From: Amoebophrya sp. A120
Lineage: Eukaryota > Protista > Dinoflagellata
DNA: 49,424 nt
Direction of reading: 5' to 3'
NCBI GenBank assembly: GCA_905178155.1
Contig: CAJINV010000003.1
Coordinates: 8,108,245-8,157,668, forward strand
This document shows, piece by piece, positions 36,031-46,600 of the stretch. The notes beneath the pieces were generated by a model, which was not told the origin of the DNA, made no database searches, and saw only the letters and a list, made by a program, of their open reading frames with translations. Both the position numbers and the translations under genes were made by a program. Each line of letters starts with the position of its first letter. The first letter of the stretch is position 1.

Positions 36031-39000
36031 ATGTCGGACGTGGATGAGCTACTGATTTCCTCGTCCAATGAGGAGCATGTGAAAGATGACGCGGTCTCCG
36101 GCGACGACAGAGTCGTCGAGGGGAGGGAGGCGGCCACGGGCGCTGACAAAATGTCGGATGTAGATGAAAAGGAGGAGCAGTACGATGAGGATGACGAGCC
36201 TGCTGCAGGGTCCGCTCGGAAGGCAAGTGGAGCGACGAGTGACGTTGAGAAGGAGTCAAAAGCAGCAGATGATGTCGTCGTTTCGGCCGCTGGTCAACAA
36301 CAAGATGGGGAGGAAGAACCTGCTCGCGCCCCGAGACATTTTCCCGGGGAAATCGCGAGCTCGTCCCACATGAGTCTGGAAAAGAAGGAGATGCTGCGCA
36401 GGCGGCTCGAGGAAGCAAAGGCCAAAAGGGCGGGGCAAGTCAAGAAAGCTTGTAGTACATGCTTCTGCACTTTTGCTGTTTGATATAATGTTCTTTGGGG
36501 TACCAGTACCGCTGTACAGAAGTCAAACTACAATCTGAATGTGGAAGCATAGATCATACGTAGCGAATATGTACTATTTTTGTGTTACGATCATGATATT
36601 GTTAATTTTCTTCAACAGCAGCCGGAGAAGCTGGCGATCCGAAGGACCGAAAGCGGAAGACCTCTGGCGCGGAAGGACAAGACGGTGAAAGAAGCCCACG
36701 CTCGGTACCACACGTTGTTTCGTTTACAGTGCCGTTTCGAGCGCAGTTATTGTGATTTTTTATCAATTTCAATATACAATTTGCACGAAATGTTTCCCGG
36801 TGGGGCAGTCTATCGTGCAAACTATGAGTCAGGATCTGAAGTACTAGAACAGTGAAGACAGCAAATTATCAGAAGAAATGGAATACAAACAACAGCCGGA
36901 GAGCACCATGCGGGTACGAGGCAGGGGCCGGCACGAAAAAAAGAATAAGGGACCGGTTGTCTTGAAATCTCGGGAACAGGTTATGCGAGAAACCGGAAAA
37001 CCCAGGCCGGAAATTATTGGCGATGAATTTCAAGGTTAGTCTTAGTCCAACTTCCCCCTTGTCTATAGTCGTTTCAAGTCGAGTTCCTTTACGAGGGGAC
37101 CTCTTTGCCATGCATTTCCAGTTAAGTTTCATCATACATAGTGAATGCTCATTGATTTATCGTCAAGTTCTACTTCTACTATGCTGCATGCTCACTGTAG
37201 CGAGAAAAATTCTGTTGTGGATAGAAAGCAAACACTTAATCATTTTTTACAACTCCTCTGCCAGGTTACAGCTTTGTCTCAGCGCCTCCCCCCGTTGCGC
37301 CGACTCAGCAGATTTATTCCGTCTTACCGCCGTCTTTGCCCCGCGACACCCTGATTGCGGTACAGGAGACTGTTTCCTTTTTTTTTGTGTTGGGAGTGTA
37401 TAAAGTTAAAAGATGAACCAACACGTTGTAAATCAATACTGGCTTGGTACTAGCAGAGACACAGGACGAAGACAAAGAGACTGGGATATTCGGGTTGAAA
37501 GGCATTGATTGATAGTGTACGCTTACTTATTTCATCAACATACCTCAGGTCACTTTAGAGGACGGGCGAAAGGTATTGACCCATGCAGGGGAGCGCATTC
37601 CGCCGTCAGAGCTCGCGACACTGCCGGTCGTGATAACGCGAAACAAGCGCAAGAAGCGGTCCAAGTCCTCGTCGAACGGAGAACCGGGGGACGCGGTCGT
37701 TGTGAAAAAAAAGAAGAACAAGAAGGCACAGCACTCGTCGGACGACAGAGACGAGGATCGAAATCATCGGATGAAAAACGACGACGAGGATCGCCGAGAA
37801 GACGAGGAGCGCCCGCGGCGGTCGGGCATTGTGCTGAAGAAGGCGAGGAACCGGAAAAACAGTGTTCAGCGAACAAATGGAGTAGACGCAGCGGACGAGG
37901 ACGAGAGAGTGAAAAATAATCAATTTGGCCGCGCGGACAACCGTGACAGAAGGGGCGATCACAGCCGGGGACGGGGTGGGGACGACAACAAGGCCAGACG
38001 GGGGGCGGGACACCCGCACGAGCCCAGCAGTCCGGCGCGTGAGGGCGGCCGGCTCCGAGACGGCTACAATGGCAGTAGGCAAGGGCATGCAGCCACGGAA
38101 AACAGGTCGCGGCACGGGTCGAAGCACAATCAGGACGTCGATGTTGGCGGTGGCAGAAAGCACGCGCGGATGCGCTCGAATTCTCGGGGGGCCGCACGAA
38201 AGCCGTCCGTGAAGCGAGACGAAGTCGTCCCCTCGAGGAACGCTAGATCAAAACAAAAGGCTCGGTCGGCCTCCGAGGACGGTGACTTTTTTCGCGGTAG
38301 CTCCGCGAAGCCTTTGGCGAACCACCGCGGGCGGCGTTCGCGGACGCCGGCAAACCGACGTGGTGGGTACTCGCCGCGCGGCGGGGGGCGAAGGAACAAC
38401 CATTCTCGGGGCCGCCGCGACTCCCGCGATCGCGGGCGGAAGGGCAATGGGTACAACAACCGCAACACGGTCGGGGGCTACAACGGCGGTGGTCGCAACA
38501 ACTTCCGCGGGGGCAACTACAACAACCGAAACAACCGGCGCGGTGGAGGCGACTCGCGAGGGCGCAACCACCGAAACAACGACTCTCGGGGTCGGGGGCG
38601 CGGCCGCACGGGTGGTCACCGCAGCCGATCGCGTTCCAACAAGTACAATAACCAAACGCGGCGATCTCCGCCTCGCGTCGAGCAGCGATTGCCGCCGGTT
38701 CCCCGCCGTGATTTTTCCACTTTCCCAAGCGCAGGAGGGGCAGTTTCCCTTCCTGCGGGGACGGACAACAAAAAGCCCGACCCCGCCCCGGCGCAGCCAA
38801 ACGTAGCAGACAGCACCGCGGCTCCGCCGGCCGCAAACAACGCGGAAACCAAATCCCCCGGCCGGACCAGCGAAAAGAACCGGAGGAACTCTAGGTCCGG
38901 CTCGCGGTCCCGGTCGCGGTCCCGGTCTAGCAGCAATAGTTCGAGGTCGTCTAGCAGCAATAGTTCCAACGCAAGCGGCAAAAAGCACTACTGTGTCGGC

Positions 39001-39543
39001 AAGCGGATGTCGCTTATCAACCTGCAGGGTCACAAGGACTTGAACGGGGTAAGTACTTACTATACTTCGAGCTTGATTGTTTTTTTTTTCGGAGCGATCC
39101 ATTCCGCGTAGTTGCGACGGATGATATCGCTAAGTCAACAATCTGAAGATTCCCTGAACATCAAACGGAATAAAGAAACCTTACACGACCAACTACATGC
39201 AACCATTCAGGTAAAAGGCACGGTGTTGATGAAGGTAGGCATCAAATTGCGGGTGGCGTTAGACAACGGGCGTGAAGTGGTGGTGCAGCGGCGTAACTGT
39301 GGATTCCATTCTCCTTTACCTGACGACGTGGAAAAGGAGTTTCCTGGCGCTCCAGCTGTTGGTGCAGCACCGGATACGACAACTGCCACGGCCGCCCAGC
39401 CACCGGCCGGCGAAAGCGGCGAAGCGAAGACGGGCGAAACCAAGGTAGAGCAGGCATCGAGCGATGACCGAAAAGATACCCGCACTTCGTCTTCCGCCTC
39501 TTCCCCCGCGAAGGACGTCTCTATCCCATCTAAGTCGAACTGA
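36031..39543 (+). CDS. Acidic/RGG/RS low-complexity protein with small C-terminal SH3/KOW-like beta domain
   Basis: Inferred exons 36031-~36447, ~36619-36704, ~36980-37034, 37549-39048, 39211-39543. Intron 39049-39210 is GT-AG and yields GKRMSLINLQGHKDLNGVKGTVL..LRVALDNGREVVVQRRN. Confidence 0.65.
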
Positions 39544-39700
39544 GGCACGGGTCTTTCACCAATATCGGGGAAAAATGGAGACTGACCTACCTAGGTGCAG
39601 CGAGCCTACCTAGATGCTAGTTGATCGCTTTCTGGACTTGGCCCATAGTTGTAATATTTATGTATTCTTTTCTAGTAGCTTGACACGACCGCGGGTGCGG

Positions 39701-39726
39701 GATGATGATGATGATGATGATGATGA
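39701..39726. repeat. (GAT)n microsatellite
   Basis: About 8 GAT units read directly. Confidence 0.9.
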
Positions 39727-40629
39727 GAAGGGGGCGTTTGGGTTTCATTCAAAACACAGGGAGCGGAAAGAACAATCTTTTCTTGAGCTCCTCTTTTGTT
39801 CTGTCGCGTATCATGTTGTACCTCGTACCTATACAGCAAACGCCGATTTTCGAATTTCACTCATCTCCCTCCGTGAATAGAACAGCGGAGGTAACTTGCC
39901 GCATCACTAACTGTCGCGTATTCTCAACACCCCCGCGCGGCGGACACAATCTCGCTTGGGTGGGAAAACGAAAAAGCAATCATCTAACGACCACTTAGCA
40001 CGTGAATCTTAAACGACTACACATCGAAAATGCGAATGCGTGAGACGCATTGATATGTATCAACAGCGTTCTCGCCAAATCTTGCAGCGACGGAACCGAC
40101 TGCATTCTTGTTTCCGCCTCGTTCTTGGTTTTCAAATAATGACCAGAGGACCGCTCTCCTCGCGAAAAAAAGAGAGACGCAAAAGATGCAATTCCTAACC
40201 TCAGGCTCAGCAAGATTACGGAAAGTCTTAGTAGAAGAAATGATGACGGAGCGTACGCAAATAATTGTAAGAGAGGAGGCCAACGCGAACGCCAACGCGC
40301 GGTTGCTTGAGAGTTGCCAAAGGTTGATGTGCTTTTCGTCCATTGTGTTTTCGAGAAACAGTTTTTTCAACTTTAGAACCTTCCTGTAGTCACGTGTAGT
40401 TACACGGCCATTTGTCAGTTGGCATGTGGTGATCTTTGCATATTGATGGTGACGCTGTAAGTACCATATTTATACATTTTTCATTTCTATGGCGTATCAC
40501 AACGCGTCTACGTTCGCGGCAAGTCGACCCGAATTGTTGGGATGATTTTTTGACGCGGTGGCGTCAGTCAGGCCCAAGACAAAGACACCAGACGTCTTTT
40601 CACAGTGCGCCTTGGGTCAAACTTGTCTG

Positions 40630-43600
40630 ATGCGGCCGCAATCTGGATCAGCTTCCTCGGATTCTTGTCCGTGTATCGACATCGAGCCGGGGCCACCTGT
40701 AGAGGGCATGAATTCAGTAGGGGCAACAAGAGAAGCCACCGAACCTTCGCCGAAACCCGGGGAAACCGGTCCTGTCGTTGTTCGGAAAGATGACTTCTTG
40801 CCTGGAAACCGCAAAGACGGCATCGGAAGAAATGCTGTGCCCACTGCCAAATGGAGGGAAGATAAAGATGAAGCTCTCGGCGATTATTCCGGGGAACGAA
40901 ATGTCCTTGATGTCGAGGACTCTTCGCCCCCTACCACGGAGCCGTTTCTCAAGGCGGTTCTCCGGAGTTACGGTTGCTTTGTCGGGAGACACCCCAATGT
41001 GGTGTTTTTTCTTGTGCTGCTTTTCTACGTGCAGATGCTGAAGTATGCAATTTCCAGCGCTGCGGGGGCTGGCGACACCCAGAACATAGGACCTGCACAT
41101 CGGCACGATGCTGGAGCTATCAAAGGCAAATATGTCTGGGTCTGGAAGATAATTGCCAGGCTTGTCATGCATATTTTGCATGGCCCATGATGCCTGTAAT
41201 GTATAACCTGGCGCCACAGATTTTGAGAGGGCTTTCTGATGCGTATTGTTCCGCATGAGAAATACTGCCCTCTCCGCGTAGCACAAACTGGACTTCTCCT
41301 TTATTATTGCTGGTTATGCAATACAGAGTTTTTTGGAAAAATCCAAAGACCGCATCACATATTTGCATTTCATAGGAGCCCGAAAGTCTCAGCAGGGTCC
41401 GGCTCTTTTTGAGCCGGGAAGAGGTCGGGTGGATTATTGGGAAGGTATGATATTATATCGCAAGAAAAAACTGTTTCACTGTAGACTTGTGATGCATAAA
41501 CTGGAACACAGAACTATTTGTCTTGCTACACCTACAAGACCGTGACTCTTTCAGGGTGTTTTCCCTTTGGAAGGGAGCATGGCAAATTTTCTGTGTCATG
41601 TGTAAGAAACTTGTGATGCAGATCTTGCAAAACCATCACAGTGAAACAGTTTTGTCGTGGGATATAATATTAATTTCCGGCCGCTGTAAAAGTGAAAGTA
41701 AAATGTTGATATTGCTTCCTGATGGAAGATGTTGTTTTACGGAACAGGTATTCCGATCCTGAGAAGGCGCTCTTTCGGAACATTTTCTCTCCACCAAATA
41801 AGATGCGTTTTGTCATGCGAAGATGGCATACTAAAAATGAAATTCCAGGGCGGCATATCACAGGAAGAAAGTGTTGCAGTTACACATTTGTTGGAGTTTT
41901 AGTTACACATTTGTTGCAGTTAGTCCGGGGGCCAGACACGATGGATTCATAAGTGGATAAACTATATCCTGTGCAAAAGTATCGCACTCGTATAAATGCA
42001 TTACAAATTTCCCCAGCATGAGAAATAAAATTTGTCATGCGGATTTACCGTAAGAAAAGAATTTGTAATGCATGATGCTGAAGTATGCAATTTCCAGCGC
42101 TGCGGGGGCTGGCGACACCCAGAACCTGAACAGCAGAAAAGGGGCTTTCGCACTATTTGAGGTTCCGAAATTTGTCATGCTAACAGTGCTTACGAACAAT
42201 GTGTGAATTAGGTATTTTGCATTACACATGAGGAGGAGGGGGAGTTGTGCACTTCCATACTGCTTTATCGCGTACACGTATCCGTACACGTATTCTTCCC
42301 TCCGCACCCTACTCCGCATATCAGATGCAAATATGTCTGGGTCTGGAAGGTTGCAAGTTGTCATGCAGATTTTCCATGACCCATGAGGTCTGGAATGCCG
42401 GACCTAGCACGACAAACTCTGCGAGGTCTCTGTCATGCCTATCCTGCATGAGAAGTTACTGCCTTCCGGACCCAGACATATTTGCAGTGCATACCGCACG
42501 ATCCAAACCGACGAGCAGTACGCGGAGAAAGCGAAATTGATGCGGAGACGACCGTATCCTGTGCAAAAGTATCGTACCCGTGGTAGTAATTGCGTTTATG
42601 CATTGCAAATCTCCATCTGAAGGTAAAACAGCATGACAAACTCCATATGTCATGCTGAGCTAATTTGTATTGCAATTGCTACTACTACGATACTTTTGCA
42701 GTTCATAGACCGCTGTGCCAAACGCTCGGCCGGGCGGAGGTGGATCTGTTGTCCATCAGTAATTGGACCGTCCCGAGAGAGGACAAACGGTACGTCGTCA
42801 TTTCCTCCCGCGTCCACCCGGGTGAGGCAAACGCGTCGTGTATCCTGTGTAAAAACGTCCACACTTCTGCATAGTTGTCATGCAAATCCGCCATGACAGA
42901 AAGATTTGTGATGCCCATCTCCATGACAGGTATTTCCAATCGTCTTTTGACATTTGTAAGGCTGTGAACAGGATGAGAAAGCGGCTTTCTCATGCGGCTT
43001 CCCTTGCTACTCAGCACTACACTGCAGGTGAAAACTTGTTATGCGCAACTCCTAAAACTTGGAGATTTGTGTTGCAGATTTACCAACTTGACTATGAAGT
43101 GGGGACGTTTTTTGTCAGGATATCGTGGTTGATGCACGGGTTTCTGAACTTCATCCTCTCCAACACCCCAGAAGCGCAGGTGCTGCGGTCGCACTTCATC
43201 TTCAAAATCGTGCCGATGCTGAACCCCGATGGGGTGATTTCCGGGAACTACCGGTGCAGTCTCGCGGGTGTGGATTTGAATAGGCAGTGGCGGTTCCCGG
43301 ACCCGGTTTTGGTATGAAAGTGCACAACTCCCTCTGCCCCTCATTTGTCATGCAAAATTCCAAATCCACCCTGCGCCTGTTAGCACGGGTGCAGATGCTG
43401 AAGTATGCAATTTCCAGCGCTGCGGGGGCAGGCGACACCCAAAGGGACACGTTCGAGGCACGTTTCACCCTGTGCGGCGGCACAACGTTGTAAAAACGTT
43501 CTGTGAAGGAAGTACTCAGAGATCTCCACAACGACCGAAAACGACCGAAAACGACGATCCTGTAGTTCTACTTGATGCAGGCAAGAACACTGTTGGTACA

Positions 43601-46600
43601 ACTAGTAAAAGCGACGATCAGGAGGGACATGATCAAGATAAGGATGCAACTAGTTCATCAACTACATCTTCCCCACTGGATAAACCCAAACGCACCTCGG
43701 TCGAACTGCGGGACGAAATCAAGGCTTTGCTGTCTACGTACAACAAACAGGCCGAGGAGCGCAGCCGAAACTTGTTGAACCCACCGATGCAACCCACTAG
43801 CACCAGTCCCGTTCCTGCTGTGCTCGCGGGAGATATTAGCAAGACAGACACCAATACTGCTTCGCGGAAGAAATCGGTCACGTTTTCCTCGGCAGTGGTG
43901 GAGCACGAGGACGATGATACTGTTGCTGCATCTTCCTCTCCCAAAGCGGATAAAAGTGGCGTAGTATCGGAGGTGTCGAAAAAACCTCTAGTTTCCTCAC
44001 CGAGCGCAACTGCAGTTCAACTACCGAAGGCTACTAATACAACTTCCTCCTCCGCAACAACTGCAACCGACTTCCTGAATGGGGGCATGAAAGTGTCCGC
44101 CGCAGTGTTGAACTCTCATGGGTCCGGGAATTTCGTTCCGGTTGTGCGGAAGAACGACCGGAATGGCCGGGAAGAGCTGTTTTTTGAACCCGTCCAGGGG
44201 AATAACATGTTCGCCGCGACGTCCTCTAGTGCGGGTCAGGGAGGGCATCACAGCTTGATTTATCAAATGCAAAATGTCTGGGTCTGCAACTTTGCTCGAC
44301 TTGTCATGCCTGTTTTCCATGACCCATATGATCTGTAATGGAGGACCTAGCATGACAGATTCCGACCGTGCGATCACTATCATGCCTATCCTGCATGAGA
44401 AACTGCCTCTCAACTTTTCAATTTCCAGCGCTGCGGGGGCTGGCGACACCCAAAATCTTAACAGAGATTTGCACAGGGACAACATGATGAATCACCTGCC
44501 CACCGAGCTTCAGTGGTCTGCGAGTGGTGGAAAACTGGAGAAGGGCATTCGGCTTTATCGCGAGCTCATCATGAACGAGACCATAACCGAGCGATCGCGG
44601 CCCGGAATCGCTGCAGGGAAAAACACCCCCGCGACTCCTCCAAAGAAAAAGGTTTGAGTCAGTTTGTTTACCGCGTTTCGAATTGAGACCGGCACGCGCT
44701 GAGGCCCAGACTTTTTGATACGACGGCACGCTGACGGCTACTATTTTTGCGTCGAGCATACCGTCGGGGAAAACAGGGGGCCCCCGCCTCCCGCCCTTTC
44801 GCCCGCTGGGTATCCTGCCCGCAGGGGGCCCCCCGCCGCCCGGCTCCCACCCGCTGGGTATCCCGCCTACAGGGGGCCCCTCGCCCTCCTCTTTCACAAC
44901 CCACGCGCAGGGGACCCCCGCCTCCTTGCCCGCACCCCCTCCCGCCCTTTCGCCCGCACCCCCACCTTTTTCTTCGCGGCGCAAGAAATCACACAGTGGT
45001 CCGACCGCCGCGCAAATCGCTCGCCGAACAACCAGAAGTCCGTCGCCGAGGGTAACGCCGTGGCTGCTTTCGTACTGACTGCGATGGTCCTCATAGGTAC
45101 CATTGCGCGTGTGCCCTCACGTATTGCTGCCGCACCGGACACCGAGAAAGCGGCATGGACACTTGCCTGGCCAATCCTGGCGGAGATTGCCGGGTCGGTG
45201 CTCCGGACCTCACTCGCAACGAAACTCAGGCAGGGTCAGGCGCGCGCCGACAGACTTTGCAGGCACGGGGAGGAAGTGGATTCATCCCCGCTTGCTCGCA
45301 ACGATATTCAAATCGCATTGGTGCTTGGCGCGTTCAATTTTTGGCGGGCCCTCGTCGGTCGGTTTCTCGTTGCCAGCTTTGATTCTACGGGCATCGCACT
45401 AACAACGCTGACGGTGCAAGCATTCGAGGAAGTACTCTTCAGGCAGACGTTCGATTGGCGGGACCAAATGTATTCTCTCCAGGGGTTTTCCTTTTGCTAA
45501 ATCATTGAGTACCAGCTCCCTTCTTGGCAAGCATACTTTACGCATTGACTTGACGTTGACTTTCGGTCTTCTTCTCAAGAGATGAAGTCCGTACAACTTA
45601 CTTTTTATCAATCGATGTTCTGTTTTAGTTGGCGGTAGATATGATCATCAAAGTCGAAAAGATTTTTGAATATGAAAAATGTGTAGGTACGCCAAGCATG
45701 TGTGCCGGTGGACTGAGGAGCGCATCGAAAAGGAGTTCAACTCGAAATCGCCTCGGCATTTTCAGGCGCAGGTCCTCCTATCAGAGATGCAGACTGAGTA
45801 CGCGGCGATCGCGCTTGCCCCTCTTTCTATTCTGATCTGGTACGACCTTCGATGGATTTGGAATCTTGGTTACCAATATTTTTTGTGGCGCGTCTCGGAC
45901 GGCTGACCGCAAGACACCTCAACCGGCCTGAGTTTAGCGCTATGGCCGGCGTTGGTGGCCTTCGCGGTTAGGCGCCAGAATTAGAGCGCATCACGCTGGG
46001 CTGTGTTTTACCCTTACGCTTGGTTTCAGTGTGTTTTGCCCCAGTGCCTCTCTGACATTCTCCGCCCGGCCCTCTTTCTGGCGGCGGCGCTTTCGTTCTG
46101 CTTGGAGCCTCACGCGCCGTTTGAGTGCGGCGAGCCCCGATGCGTTGACGGCCAGCCAAGGGTCTTGGATTTGCATCCGAGCAACCATGAGGGCAAGTGC
46201 CGGCCTCCCGGGAAATAGCCTCTGGGGGTCGTCCTTGGGGGTTCAAGAATGGGGTATCCGACATTTTGCTCCGATGCATTTTTCTCCATCGTGATTCGCT
46301 TCAGAAAAAAACGCATCGGAGCAGTTTTTGTCGAGGTTCTTGTTAGATGTATTGGACAACATTGGATCTCGTTGAATCTGCTCTGATGGAGACAGGGATG
46401 CGTTTTTCGGATCGAAGCCCTGGGCCTTGAGTGCCTTTGGACCGCTAACGAACCTGAAGAGGTCCATCAGGGCAACTCACGCGAGCCTGGGGGCATTGCT
46501 CTCAGCTTTGGTGACGAAATCGAGGAAAACAATTCCCAGATCCCTGATCCGGAAAACGCATCCGTGTCTGCATCCGAGCAAAATGCATCACCAGCAAACT

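Larger units (their letters stand above)
41089..41855 (+). pseudogene. Captured unspliced fragment of a KH-domain RNA-binding protein gene
   Basis: Removing element 41118-41374 plus one TSD and GT-AG intron 41445-41848 gives [33 protein letters not shown] (KH GxxG loop). Confidence 0.7.
42260..43312 (+). pseudogene. Captured unspliced fragment of a cytosolic carboxypeptidase (M14D, CCP/AGBL/Nna1 family) gene
   Basis: After removing three introners: [76 protein letters not shown]; N- and C-terminal parts absent. Confidence 0.9.
41029..44464 (+). repeat. Four direct copies (41029-41085, 42074-42133, 43389-43443, 44419-44464) of host coding sequence, separated by foreign 988, 1255 and 975 nt spacers
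   Basis: Core CAATTTCCAGCGCTGCGGGGGC(T/A)GGCGACACCCA read four times; encodes [11 protein letters not shown] in the host frame. Confidence 0.95.

Noticed and set aside
42880-43317. Stand-alone functional carboxypeptidase gene
   Set aside because: Lacks the N-terminus and the C-terminal zinc/catalytic residues; bounded by host-repeat copies
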